Source: Anthoceros angustus (Eukaryota > Plantae > Anthocerotophyta). Taken from it: 64,000 nt of DNA. The notes under the pieces are model-generated. The model ran no database searches. It saw only the letters and a list, made by a program, of their open reading frames with translations, and was not told the DNA's origin. The translations under genes and the position numbers were made by a program. Numbering within the stretch: the stretch's first letter is position 1; each line of letters starts with the position of its first letter. The stretch spans positions 1,488,001 to 1,552,000 of the forward strand of contig MU008168.1 in the NCBI GenBank assembly GCA_010909165.1, read 5' to 3'. Positions 1 through 12,859 of this stretch are shown piece by piece.

Positions 1-459
1 TACAGCTCCAAGAAGCTTTTCATGTTTTGTGTTTACTACTGACGCGGTTTCCCTTGTCACATGCTTCTGAGTCATAAAGTAGGGGGTGCACGGTCCTGGA
101 GATTAACAGAGAGAAATTGACTTATTTGTTTAGATTAGCGAGTGCAAGTGGGACTTGTTCACCTGCTATCAGGATTCACTTTGCAGTTATGCTAAGAGTT
201 ACCCAATATTGCAGTTTAGGAGTGTCCTCTATATATCTTAAGTTTTACAAGGCATTCTGCCTAGTTCGCCCGTATTAACTTTAGTTCGCTGAGATTTAGT
301 CAGCATTATGATTTAGGAGTGTCTTTGGATCCCTTGATTTTACGAGCTATTATACGAACTCGAACTAGCGGGAAAGTTTCGACCGACAGGCGGAGGGGTG
401 CGCGGACGAGTGTCCTTTCCTTTTCTTACCACCGGAAGGCAGTGGAGGTGTGTGATAGC

Positions 460-591
460 GTTAAAGATACAGCGATAAAGATGTAGTGTTAAAGATACAA
501 CGTTAAAGATATAGTACTAAAGATATAAGGGTAAAAATATAGTGCAAAGATATAGCGCTAAAGATATAGAGTTAAAGATATAGCGCTAAAA
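460..591. repeat. Degenerate ~15-bp tandem repeat (consensus ~ GTTAAAGATATAGC)
   Basis: About 9 successive AAAGATA(C/T)A(G/A)-like units at ~14-16 bp spacing (ttaaagatacagcg ataaagatgtagtg ttaaagatacaacg ttaaagatatagta ...). Confidence 0.7.
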
Positions 592-911
592 AATAATTAT
601 ATAACTATAACACCAAGGGAAAAGGAATGAAGCTTATCTAACAAGAGCTATAGCGGAAGCTAACCTATTAAGGGCTATGACAGAAAAGGAAGAAACTTAA
701 TATTTAATATGATGATGGTGTAATCACATATGTCAAAAGAATTCTCAGATGCCCATCGTCCTCCGTGTGTAGTCTCTCGAAACTGCCAAGTATCCATGGT
801 CCCCACGTATTGCAGGAATATCCAGTCTCACTATTGGATATTTCCTCAATACGTGTGGACCGCGGATGTAGGGTACGAGCAACACTATACAAGCAGCAAT
901 GCTGCTTGTAC

Positions 912-916
912 CCTAC
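912..916 (+). repeat. Left target-site duplication CCTAC
   Basis: ...ttgtacCCTAC|TGTGGCGCG; the partner is at 30108-30112. Confidence 0.85.
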
Positions 917-1514
917 TGTGGCGCGACTTTCACTGATGGCCAGCCGGGCGCGCACAATCCCGTGTCGTTGTAGGAAGAAGTCCGTTCCCAAGGGAATGAT
1001 AGGCTCCGTTTACCGCGTTTCAGGTGATTCCTACCGCCCTTAGCGCCTGCTCACCAACACACATACTCCTAACTACTCACAACGTTTCACCGACAGCCCT
1101 TGTGATGGCTAAACGCTTAAGGACCTGCTCGTCCGTATCGTTCACATCCGTCCCTCACACATCCGGCCCTTTCTCTCTCCTCACGCTACACTCGCCTTAG
1201 AAAAGACGCTGGTTACATGCCCCGACCTCCTCCGCTGCCGCGCCTCTCCGTCCGGCTCAGACGCCTCCCGAGTTCCTCCGGCCACACGCCCGCCTGCTCG
1301 GCGTTCTCCTCCTCCGCTGCCCGAGCACGGTCACCGCCACCCTTCCCCGCACACACCACAACGTTAGGTCCGCCACCGGACCTTGATCAATCTCCCGAGT
1401 TTGGACCTCGGGGCCGGACTCAGACTCACGTTAGCAAGAAGACACACAAAGGTCTGCAAGAACGCGGCATCAACACCAAGAGAAAGATGATTTATTCAGG
1501 GCGGCCTTAGCCCT

Positions 1515-1521
1515 CTTATAC
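1515..1521 (-). promoter_or_regulatory. Putative LTR TATA box (GTATAAG)
   Basis: Conserved in every copy of this LTR module (ccctcttatact near 1515, 3748, 20900, 22263), ~600 bp from the LTR 3' end. An AATAAA lies ~25 bp upstream on the minus strand. Confidence 0.35.
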
Positions 1522-1899
1522 TACGCCGAAGGTCGGCGCCTTTATTACACCTCTATTCTGAGCTGAGGGCCAGCTCAGTGTGCCCTAACCAGCCGCCTAC
1601 TACCCTGCCTATTCCGCCTATCGCCGCCGTCGGTGGTGGGGCTGGGATGGCCCCTGATTCCTTCTTGGCACCGGCGGCCCAAAGCCGAGCCCTGTCGGCT
1701 GCGGCGCACCCAATCGGATGATCCGCGAGGCGGGACCCCTTCCTCTTCCCGAGGGTCTGCTGCCGCCACCGGCGGCCGACAAGGGCCACCACCAAGTCCT
1801 CCTCGCCCTCCCTCTTCTCTCTCGGCGGGCCCTGCGCGATGGGCCCTCAAGGGTTGGATCTGCTGGGGTTGGTGGTGATGGCTCTCCCCACTCCCGAGT

Positions 1900-2200
1900 T
1901 TGGACCTCGGGACCTGTCGACTCGAGTCCGGACCTCTAGGTCCGGCCTTCCTCCGGGTCCGGCCTTCCTCCGGGTCCGGCCTTCTTTGAGTCCGGCCCTG
2001 GGACCGGATCGGCCTTCCTCCGGGTCCGGCCTCGACCCAACCTTCGGGTCCGGACCTCGGGGCCGGACTCGTCACTGAGTCTGGATCCCTAAGTCCGGAC
2101 CTCGGGACCCTTCCTCCGGGTCCGGACCTCGGGATCGGCCTTCCTCAGTCCGGACAAAGTCCGGACCTCCCTCTTCTCTCTCGGCCGCCTCCTCGCCGGG
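1900..2200. repeat. 17-bp GC-rich minisatellite (GGCCTTCCTCCGGGTCC) within the LTR; also at ~3285-3330, 4130-4350, 21250-21400, 22620-22830
   Basis: Tandem and dispersed copies of ccttcctccgggtccgg visible directly. Confidence 0.7.
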
Positions 2201-2249
2201 CTAGCCACGGGTTCATCCACCGAGCCCTCCTTGGTTCCCGAATGCCCGG

Positions 2250-5200
2250 TTGCACCTTTCCCTTCAAGATCCTCCTCGCCTCCTTCCATGCGAGGGTGCC
2301 GAGGCTTACCTCCTGTGGCGCCCCTTCCTCCTCCTCCTCCTCCGCTTCCTTCTCGCCTCCCTCGTCCTCCTCGCCTCCTCCTCCTCCGGTTCCTCCGGGT
2401 CCGGCCTCCTCGCCTCCTCCTCCTCCTTCCGAAGTCCACCTCCGCCTAGGGTGGCGCAGGACCTCCAGGCCTTGAGGAGCTCTGCGTGGTAGTAGGCGAA
2501 GTCGGAATCGACTTGAATCGCCTCCTCCACATGAGCCCGAGCACCCAGACTCCCTCCTCCAAGGTGCTCCAGAATCGACTTGAATCGCCTCCTCGCCTCC
2601 TCCTGCCTCCGTGGCCAAGCTCACCACCAGGCGGGCGGACTCCCTTGAGGCCGTCAAGGCCTCAGATTACCTCTTGCAACCTTGCTGCTGCTCGTTCTCC
2701 TCCTCCGTTGTTGCTTGACTCACTTGATTTGCGGGCCATGGGTGAGCTCCCCTTCACTTCCTGGCCGGACGAGCAACAGACCTTTCCTCCAAGGCTTCCT
2801 CCCTTCTTCTATTCTTTCCGGAGGTCCTCCACTTCCTTCTCCAGGCGGGCGGACTCCCTTGAGGCCGTCAAGGCTGCCTCTCGGCTTCCGCCACGCCCCG
2901 CCGCAACCGCGACGCCGAACTCCTTGCCCCTGTTCTCCTCCGTCTTCAAGCGGAGCTGGAGGCCCACCTCTCGCTCGAAGTCTTGGATTCTCTCGTTGAG
3001 AACCCCTGCTGCTCCGTGCATCTTGGAGTTGCAACCCAAGGTGTCCTTGTTGTCCTCCGCCTCCGCCCGCCTTCTACCTCCCGCACTGCACTCGAGGTCC
3101 CCAATCTCCCGGGTCTGGCCTCAGCCTCCTCACGGCTCGGCCGTGCTTGCTCCTTGACCACTTGCTCGGCCTTGATTGGCGGCTCTCTCGGCCGCCTCTC
3201 CACCGGCCCGATCACGATAGTGATCGCGATCGGCCTTCGCCGTGGCCTCCGCCTCCTTGGCCACCTTCACCGAGCCTCTCCGCCTCCTCCTCCGGGTCCG
3301 GCCTTCCTCCGGGTCCGGCCTTCCTCCGGCCTTCCTTCGCCTCCTCGCCTCCTCACGGCCGCCTCAGAGGTCCTCCGCCGCTTGGGCCTCCTCCTCCTCC
3401 TCCTCCTCCTCCAAGGAATTTGGTCCGGCCTTCCTCCGGGTCCGGACCTCCTCCGTCTTCAAGCGGGCTGGGCGTTCCACCTCCGGGTCCGTCCTCCTCC
3501 TGCCGCCTCCGGAGTTCCTCCGGCTCACACGTTCGATCCGTTCGGTCTTTGGCGCGGCTCGGGGCGAGCACGGGTCACCGATCACCCTTCCTGCACACAC
3601 CACAACGCGTTAGGTCGTCACGGGACCGATCAATCTCCCGGGTATCGTGCACCTTTCGGTGACTCGGGACTCACGTTAGCAAGAAGACACACAAAGGTGC
3701 GCAGAGCGGCATCAACACCAAGAAGATGATTTATTGACCTTAGCCCTCTTATACTCGCCGGTCGGTGCCTTTATTACCTCTATTACGGTGAGGGCCATTT
3801 CGGTGTGCCTAACCACCGCCTACTACCACCTATTCCACCTATCGCCGTCGGTGGTGGGGTGGGATAGCCCCTCATTCCTTCTTGGCACGGCCCAAAGCCA
3901 TCGGTGCAGGCGCCAATCGGATGATCCGGCGGTGGACCCTTCCTCCTTCCATGCGAGGGTGCCGAGGGCTTACCTCCTGCCTCCGTGGCCAAGCTCACCA
4001 CCAAGTCTTCCTCGTCCTCCCTCTTCTCTCTCCGGGGCCCTGCGATGGGCCCTCAAGGGTTGGATCTGCTGGGGTTGGTGGTGATGGCTCTCCCCACTCC
4101 CGAGTTTGGACCTCGGGACCACTCGACTCGGTCCGGACCTCTAGGTCAGTCTTCCCCTCAGTCCGGACCTCTAGGTCCGGCCTTCTTTGAGTCCGGTCCT
4201 CGGGGCCGGGCCTCTGGGGTCGGTCTTGGACCCAACCCTTCCCACAGGGTCCGGACCTCGGGGCGGACTCGTCACTGAGTGGATCCCTAAGTCGGACTTC
4301 CTTGAGGGGCGGACCTCGGGATCGGCCTTCCTCGAGTCCGGACAAAGTCAGGACCTCGGCTCTGGGCATGCCTCCTCGCCGGGCTAGCCACGGGTTCATC
4401 CTGAGCCCTCCTTGGTTCCCGAATGCCCGGTTGCACCTTTCCCTTCAAGATCCTCCCTCGTCCTTCCATGCGAGGTCAGCTTACCTCGGTGTGGCGCCCC
4501 TTCCTCCTCCGGTTCCTCCAGCTGCTCTCCTTCGCGCTGCTGCCGTCGTCAAGCAGCGCTCCTAGGACTCCAGCGGTTGTCTTGTCCCGGGTCCGTCCTC
4601 CTCGCTCCTCCTTCCATCCCTTGAGTCCACCCTCCTGGGGTGGCGCGGGACCTCCAGGCCTTGAGGAGCTCTGCGTGGTAGTAGGCGGTCGGAATCGACT
4701 TGAATCGCCTCCTCCACATGAGCCGGGCACGGTACTCCCTCCTCCAGGTGCTCGTGGCAGGCGGATCGCCCCTTCCTCCGGGTCCGGACCTCGTGGCCAA
4801 GCTTACGGTATGGCGGGCGGACTCCCTTGAGGCCGTCAAGGCTGCCTCAGTTACCTCTTGCAACCTTGCTGCTGCTCGGCGTTCTCCTCCTCCCGTTGTT
4901 GCTTGACTCACTTGATTTGCGGGCCATGGGTGAGCTCCCCTTCAAGATCCTCCTCCTTGGTTCCCGAATGCCCGGTTGCACCTTTCCTCCGGCCTTCCTC
5001 CCTTCTTCTATTCTTTCCGGAGGTCCTCCACTTCCTTCTCCAGGGCGGTATCCCGTCAGGCTCACGGCTTCCGCCACGCCCCGCCGCAACCTTGCGGCGT
5101 CGAACTCCTTGCCCGCCTATTCTCCTCCGTCTTCAAGCGGGCTGGGCGTTCCACCTCGCTCGAAGTCTTGGATTCTCGTTGAGAACCCCTGCTGCTCCGT

Positions 5201-8200
5201 CATCTTGGGTTGCAACTCCAAGGTGTCCTTGTTGTCCTCCGGCTCCTGCCCGCCGCCCTTCTACCTCCTGCAGTGCACCACAGGGTCCCCAATCTCCCGG
5301 TGCTGGCCTCAGCGCCTCCTCACGGCTCGGCCGTGCTTGCTCCTTGACCACTTGCTCGGCCGCTCGGCCTTGATTGGCGCGGCTCTCTCGGCCGCCTCTC
5401 TCCACGGTTCGATCACGATAGTGATCGCGATCGGCCGGGCCTCCGCCTCCTTGGCCACCTTCACCGAGCCTCTCCGGCTTGGCTCTGGTCGGTCAGCTGC
5501 CTCCGCGAGATCCGCGCCCGTTCGCGCCCGGGCGTCCTCGCTTCTGCTGCGCTCGCCCCTGCTGCGAGGTCCTCCCGCGCTTGGGCCTCCTTGCTGCTCG
5601 GCGTTCTCCTCCGGTGAAGGAATTTGGTCCGGTCCTTGCGGATGGACCAGACCTCCCTCTCCGCCTCCCGGCGTTTTCCTTCCTCAATCCTGCCGAGAGC
5701 TTCGGCCTTCCTTCTCGCCTCCTGGGCTCCCTCCAACTGCTCCTGGAGGAGCACCATGCGCCTCCGGGTGGCTTCCACCTCCTGGGCCTTCTCGGCCATC
5801 CCGCACAGACCCCAGAGCATACCGTCCATGACGGTAGCCAGGACCCCGTGTTTCCTCCACGGCCGCTGCTGGTGAGGCTCCCACAAAGTCCGTTGCGGGA
5901 GCCGGCATCTCACGGTCCGTCAAGGACCTCCATACCGCAGCCCGAGTAAGTCCGACTGGGTTCTCGGACCCAATCAGACCCTTAGGTCCCGAGGCCGAGC
6001 TCCGAGCCTCCTTGGCCCTTTTGGCGCGAGCTCCTTCTCCGCCTTTTCTCCTGGGCTCCCTCCAGCTGCTCACGGAGCACCATGCGCCTCGGGTGGCTTC
6101 CACCTCCTGGGCCTTCTCGGCCATCCCGAGACCCAGGCATACGTCCATGGCGGTAGCAGGGCCGTGTTTCCTCCACGGCTGCTGATGAGGCTCCCACAAA
6201 GTCCGTGGGGCCGGCATCTCACGGTCCGTCAAGGACCTCCATCTGATCGGGAAGTCGGTGGGTTCTCGGACAATCGGGACCCTTAGGTCACGAGTCTTGG
6301 CTCGGCTTCCCCTCCTTGGCCCTTTTGGCGCGAGCTCCTTCTCGCCCTTTTCTCCAGGGCTCGGCGGAGGTGATGGAGTCCGGAGCTTTTTGCCCCTTCC
6401 GCCGGGCGACAGACTGGCTGATGCGGCCGCTGTGTCCTCCGCCTCGGGCCCCTTTTCTCGCCTCCCATCGCTTCCGCTTGCCACTCCGGCAGGGAAGAGG
6501 TACTGCACCGACCGGGTGCCGCTGGTAGCCGTGGTCTTGCGTCTCTTGGCTCTCTCGGCCGCCTCCGGGCCTCACCGAGTGGTAGCCGGCGGGCTGGGCC
6601 GGGCCGCCTCACTGGCCGGGCTGGGTTGCACGGGGAGGAGGCGGGGAATTGCTTCCCATACTTCCTCGGGTGGTGAGGGGTCCGCTCCACGTATGGAGTC
6701 CGAATCCTCCCGCCATCCTCCTCCCGAGTCCGCTTGGTTTTGTCGACTGCCTCCTCCTCCGGCGCCTTGCCCGCCTCCACTTCCGGGAGGGCCTCCTTCC
6801 GAGCGCCGCTCAAGCTCTCCTTCCCGAGGAGTTCAAATGCCCCATACATGGATCGTATGGGGATGCCCAGATGGCGAGGCTTCGCCCCGAGCTATGAGCC
6901 TCGCTAAACCGGGCGAAGATAATCCTTCCCCGCCCGCCTCTTCCCGCAACGCGGTGAACAATAGATTATCACCAAGGTGATCCACCTTGGTGAGTAGGTT
7001 CCTGGACAATGATCCGGCCACCGCCTCGACTCGATCGTCGCCTGATATCGCCCAACCACAGGTGGTGAGGGGTCCGCTGGCCCTGTGCCTTAGCATCGCT
7101 GCTGCTGCCGTCGTCAAGCGCTCCTAGGACTCCAGCGGTTGTCTTTGTCCCGTCCTCCTCGCTCCTCCTCCTTGAGTCCACCCTCCACCTGGGGTGGCGC
7201 GGGACCTCGAGGCCTTGAGGGGCTCTGCGTGGTAGTAGGCGGTCGGAATCGACTTGGAATCGCCTCCTCCACATGAGCCGGGCACCCGGTACTCCCTCCT
7301 CCAGGTGCTCGGTGGCGGGCGGACTCCCTTGAGGCCGTCAAGGCTGCCTCCGTGGCCAAGCTTCACCGGTGGCGGGCGGACTCCCTTGAGGCCGTCAAGG
7401 CCTCAGATTACCTCTTGCAACCTTGCTGCTGCTCGTTCTCCTCCTCCGTCGTTGCTTGACTCACTTGATTTGCGGGCCATGGGTGAGCTCCTCACTTCCT
7501 GGCCGGACGAGCGGTGCCTTCCTCCGGTGCCTTCCTCCTTCTTCTATTCTTTCCGGAGGTCCTCCACTTCCTTCTCCAGGCGGGCGGTATCCCGTCAGGC
7601 TCACGGCTTCCGCACGTCTGCGCAACCTTGCGGCGTCGAACTCCTTGCACCGCCTCCGTCTTCAAGCGGGCTGGGCGTTCCACCTCTCGCTCGAAGTCTT
7701 GGATTCTCGTTGAGAACCCCTGCTCCGTGCATCTTGGGTTGCAACTCCAAGGTGTCCTTGTTGTCCTCCGGCTCCTGCCGCCCTTCTACCTCCTGCCGCA
7801 CCACAGGGTCCCCAATCCCGGGTCTGGCCTCCAGGCGCCTCCTCACGGCTCGGCCTTGCTCCATGACCACTTGCTCGGCCTTGATTGGCGCGGCTCTCTC
7901 GGCCGCCTCTCTCCACGGTTCGATCACGATAGTGATCGCGATCGTGTGGCCTCCGCCTCCTTGGCCACCTTCACAGCCTCTCCGGCTTGGCTCTGGTCGG
8001 TCAGCTGCCTCCGCGAGATCCGCGCGTTCACGCGGGCGTCCTCGCTTCTGCGCTCGCCCCTCACTGCGGAGGTCCTCCCGCCCGGCGCTTGGGCCTCCTT
8101 ACTGCTTGATGTTCCTCGGTGAAGGAATTTAGTCCGGTCCTTGCGGATGGACGGACCTCCCTCTCCGCCTCCGGCGTTTTCCTTCCTCAATCCTGCCGAG

Positions 8201-11124
8201 GCTTGGCCTTCCTTCTCGCCTGGGCTCCCTCCAGCTGCTCACGGAGGAGCACCATGCGCCCGGTGGCTTCCACCTCCACAGGCCTTCTCGGCCATCCCGA
8301 GACCCAGGCATACCGTCCATGGCGGTGGCAGGACCCCGTGTTTCCTCCACGGCTGCTGAGGCTCCCACAAAGTCCGTGGGGCGGCATCTCCGTCGTCGAG
8401 GACCTCCATACCATGATCCGGGCAAGTCGGTGGGTTCTCCGGACAATCGGGACCCTTAGGTCACGAGTCTTGGCTCGGCTTCCCCTCCTTGGCCCTTTTG
8501 GCGAGCTCCTTCTCGCCCTTTTCTCCACAGGGCTCGGAGGTGATGGAGCACGCCCTTTGCCCCTTCACAGCCGGCGGGACCCGGCTCTGGATCAGTGCTG
8601 CGGTGTCCTCCGCTCCACAGGCGCGTCCCTTCGCCTCCTTCTTCCACTTCTTGCCACTCGTCGGCGGGGAAGAATCTTGGCCGGCCCAGGGTGCAGCGTT
8701 GGTAGCCGTGGTCTTGCGTCTCTTGGCTCTCTCACAGTCGGCGGGGCTCCTCACCGAGTGGTAGCCGGCGGGCTGGGCCGGGCCGCTCACTGGCCGGGCT
8801 GGGTTGCACGGGGAGGGAGGCGGGGAATTGCTTCCCATACTTCCTGGGTGGTGAGGGGTCCGCTCCACGTATGGAGTCCGAATCCTCCCGCCATCCTCCT
8901 CCCGAGTCCGCTTGGTTTTGTCGACTGCCTCCTCCTCCGGCGCCTTGCCCGCCTCCACTTCCGGGAGGGCCTCCTTCCGAGCGCCCGCTCAAGCTCTCCT
9001 TCCCGAGGAGTTCAAATGCCCCATACATGGATCGTATGGGGATGCCCAGATGGCGAGGCTTCGCTCCGAGCTTGGCCTTCCTTCTCGCCTCCTGGGCTCC
9101 CTCCAGCTGCTCACGGAGCACCATGCGCCTCGGGTGGCTTCCACCTCCGGGCCTTCTCGGCCATCCCGAGACCCAGGCATACGTCCATGGCGGTAGCAGG
9201 GCCGTGTTTCCTCCACGGCTGCTGATGAGGCTCCCACAAAGTCCGTGGCGGGGCCGGCATCTCACGGTCCGTCAAGGACCTCCATCTGATCGGGAAGTCG
9301 GTGGGTTCTCGGACAATCGGGACCCTTAGGTCACGAGTCTTGGCTCGGGCTTCCCCTCCTTGGCCCTTTTGGCGCGAGCTCCTTCTCGCCCTTTTCTCCA
9401 GGGCTCGGCGGAGGTGATGGAGCACGCCCTTTGCCCCTTCTCGGCGGCAGGACCCGGCTCTGGATCTGCTGCCGGTGTCCTCCGCTCCACAGGCGGCGTC
9501 CTTTTCGCCCTCCTTCGCTTCCTCGCTTCTTGCCACTCGTCGGCGGGGAAGAATCTTGGCACCGGCCCAGGGGTGCGTTGGTGGCCGTGGTCTTGCGTCT
9601 CTTGGCTCTCTCACAGTGGGGCTCCTCGGTAGGAGTGATGGCGGTGGGGCTGGGCCTTCTTGGGTGGCATGGTTGGGGCACGGAAGGAGGAGGCGGGGTG
9701 CTTCCCATACTTCCACAGGTGGTGAGGGGTCCGTTCAGGCGTATGGAGTCCGAATCCTCCTCCTCCTCCTCCGAGTCCGCTTGGTTTTTTCGGCCTCCTC
9801 CCTCGGCGCCCTTGCCCGCTCCACTTGGGAGGGCCTCCTTCCGGGCGCTCGCTCAAGCTCTCCTTCCTTGAGGAGTTGAAATGCCCCCATACATGGATCG
9901 GTATGGGGCAGCCAGATGGCGAGGCTTCTCGGCTCCACAGCTTGCGAGCCTCACAGCTAAACAGGCGAAGATAATCCTTCCCGGTCCTCCGCCGCCTCTT
10001 CCCGCAACGCGGTGAACAATAGATTATCACCAAGGTGATCCACCTTGGTGAGTAGGTTCGATGGACAATGATCCGGCCACCGCCTCGACTCGATCGTCGC
10101 CTGATATCGCCCAACCACAGGTGGTGAGGGGTCCGTTCGGGCGTATGGAGTCAGAATCCTCGATCGTCCTCCTCCTCCGTCCGTTTGGTTTTGTCGGCCT
10201 CCTCCCTCGGCGCCCTTGCCTCCACTTGGGAGGGCCTCAGTCCTTGGGCGCTCGCTCAAGCTCTCCTTCCTTGAGGAGTTGAAATGCCCCATACATGGAT
10301 CGGTATGGGGCCAGATGGCGAGGCTTCTCGCTCTGAGCTTGCGAGCCTCACAGCTAAGCCAGATAATCCTTCCCGTCCGCCCTCTTCCCCAGCAGCGCGT
10401 GCGGAACACAATAGATTATCACCAAGGTGATCCACCTTGGTAGTAGGTTCCGATGGGCGATGATCCGGGCCACCGCCTCGACTCGACCGTCCAATGTCGG
10501 ATATCGACCAACCGTTGGTGGTCGTTCGTCGAGCCTTAGCATCGCTGCTGCCTATCTTCCCTTGAGGGGCCCGCACCACTCCCCTCTTCCTCCTTGGGCG
10601 GTTGTAGGCCGCCTTGGGACCTCAAGGTCCATCGCCTTGGGTCCTCCCGAGGTTCTTGGACCGCACCTCCTTGTTGACCGCCGCCAAGATCTTCCGGGCA
10701 AACTCCCGACTGTAGTGACATCTGTCCGCACCATTTGGAACACATCCAAATGCCACTCCTGCACCAATTCTCCGCCTCGGAGCCGAGCCCAAAGTCCGGA
10801 TAGCGCCGGTCACAATGTTGCGCTCCACAAGGTTCCATGGCTCCCAAACTTCCGCGGGCTTTTGGGTGCCATCGCCTTCTTCTCCCTTGTTGCCGGCCGC
10901 TCAGACCGCTGCACGTTGAGCCTCCTCGCCGCTCGCTTCTCGACCTCAACGGTGAGCCGCGCCAAGACGCCCGAGTGTCCCACGAGATACCGCCAGAGAG
11001 CCGGATCGGAGCGCAAGAGATCGCGAATTGTCTCGAGGTCACAGCAAATGACCTTCTTCCGCGACCACGCCGGAGTAACAGGGCGGAGGGCGCCTCTTCC
11101 GTCCAGAATCGCCGAGGTCCGCAT
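2250..11124 (-). pseudogene. LTR-embedded Glu/Arg/Ala-rich coiled-coil ORF, frameshifted and internally duplicated (3' LTR copy)
   Basis: Starts GCCATG at 11124 (MRTSAILDGR...DPALWRYLVGHSGVL). Recurrent protein-like blocks follow: NLLTKVDHLGDNLLF; MAEKAQEVEATRRRMVLLQEQLEGAQEARRKAEALGRIEE; LNERIQDFEREVGLQLRLKTEE...SRESARLEKEVEDLRKE; QVDSDFAYYHAELLKAW. No family recognised. Confidence 0.55.
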
Positions 11125-11498
11125 GGCTTACTCGCCCTTACGCCACGCCGCCTTACGCCGCTGCACTGCCCTACGCCAGCGCGCCGCGGACCGCTATAAC
11201 GGCCTCGCAAGGTTACGGTCCCGACCACGATGCCCGCCTCCACTGTGGTCGCCCACGTGCCATCCGTCCCACGCCCAACTTCTAAGTTACCTTCCGGCGT
11301 ACTTATCCCGCCTGGTCCGGAGTGGGTCCGGACTTATCCGCCCGTCGAGGGTCTAAGTATGCCTCACTCCGAGTCGAGTATACTCCGAGTGCCGTCCGAG
11401 TGCTAACGCTTATTTCCTCCTTTTCGCCTCATTTTATCCTTCGCTCCCAAAAACAAAACCCTACCTAATTTCTAACCCCGGGAAGTCCGTAGTCCACA

Positions 11499-11511
11499 TA
11501 CTCCCCTTCTC
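11499..11511 (-). promoter_or_regulatory. Polypurine tract (GAGAAGGGGAGTA)
   Basis: Purine run immediately 5' (minus strand) of the TG that starts the 3' LTR. Confidence 0.85.
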
Positions 11512-11599
11512 ACCGTTGCCTCCGCCAACACTAAGCGTGGTACTTTTTCACCCGCCACCCGTTCACCCGAGGCGCAGTTCACCATCCAACCGCGAACGG

Positions 11600-12540
11600 A
11601 CCCATTGGGGTATACCCACGACTTGGTAAGGCCCCATCCATCGTAGGTGGAGTTTACAGGAAGTGCATATGTCGGTATCGTAAAGGAGGCGATCTCCTCC
11701 TTCACATACTCCCGATTCTAAGGCGCCTATCATGCCATTGCGTTGATTCTGCATACGCATTCACTGCGCCTCTTCCGGTCCTCCGTGTCAGACAAACCCT
11801 AGCAACCGCCCCTGGCTCTCTTCATCCGTTAAGCGCCTTTCCATCATGACCCGGAGTGTTGGCACCTCAAACTCGACCGGCATAACGGGTGAGTGCCCAT
11901 AGGTCGAGCACGGAGTTCGTTGCGTGGTTACCTTCTGCTCAACGCCCATAGCGCGATGGCGCTTTGTATCCCATGCATAGTTAACCGTCACTTATTGAGG
12001 ATGCGAGATAAGTCCATTGGTCTTCTCCGTCGCTGGCCTTTGGATTGTAGGGGCGTTTACGATGTGTGATGCGAAATAGTCCGTCATTGCGCTTATCACA
12101 TCATTGAGGAAATGGGTTCCCCTATCGCCACCAACCGCAACGGACACCCATACCTTGTGATGATGTTTTCGTAGAGGAATTTGGCCACCGTGCTCGCAGA
12201 GTCCGTTCTGGTAGCGACCGCTTCAACCCACCGGGTGCAGTAGTCCGTTGCCACCAAGATGTACCGCTTCTGTGTGTGCCTGGTCGTTGGCTGTATAGGT
12301 CCAACGAAGTCGATGCCCCATTTCTCAAAAGGCGCTAGTGCTAGTATGGGCACTAACGGCCATTGAGTTGTGGCCGTCGGCTTCCCGATCCGCTGACAAG
12401 CATCACACTTCTTCACAAATTGGTGTGTTTCCCCATACATGGTGGGCCACCAGATCACCTCAAGATTTTCTTGGTGGTGACTCACGCATAATGTCCACCA
12501 CCTAGTCCTTCGTGCATCCCTTTATTACCACCTCCGCTCA
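11600..12540 (-). pseudogene. Gypsy integrase (frameshifted)
   Basis: HEGLGGGH...WWPTMYGETHQFVKKCDACQR (HHCC); PFEKWGIDFVGP...VATDYCTRWVEA...IITRYGCP (core); RWMGPYQV (GPY/F). Confidence 0.9.
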
Positions 12541-12859
12541 CTGTTGGAGGTACCTTCGTTCCACACCGTCTGCCTACCTTAAAGATGCACCTATACAACC
12601 GGAAAGGGCGTAGTGCACAAAGGCCCGCCACAACCCGGTCCTGGTAGCTCCATCTCCCATAGGTACTGTTCCAACTCGCGTAAGAGGGCCGCCTGGCCCG
12701 CCTCCTTCTCCGCCTGTGGGCTGTCACCGCCGGGTTTGTCCTACGTGCTCTACCTCCTCCTCTATCGCCGCCACCAATTCCTCATCCGGAAGGCGTCCTC
12801 TTGATCCTGCAGACAGTCTAACTGGATAAGAAGTCGCTGGTGTTGCCGCCCTTGCCTAG

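Larger units (their letters stand above)
917..11498 (-). repeat. 3' LTR (~10.6 kb as assembled; roughly 5 kb if internal duplications are collapsed)
   Basis: Bounded by TGTGG...CCACA and directly abuts the PPT at 11499. It shares all sequence modules with 20338-30107. Confidence 0.85.

Noticed and set aside
1900-2200. CRISPR-like appearance of short GC-rich repeats (also 31371-31540)
   Set aside because: The units are adjacent or separated by related sequence, with no unique spacers and no cas genes. The context is eukaryotic.
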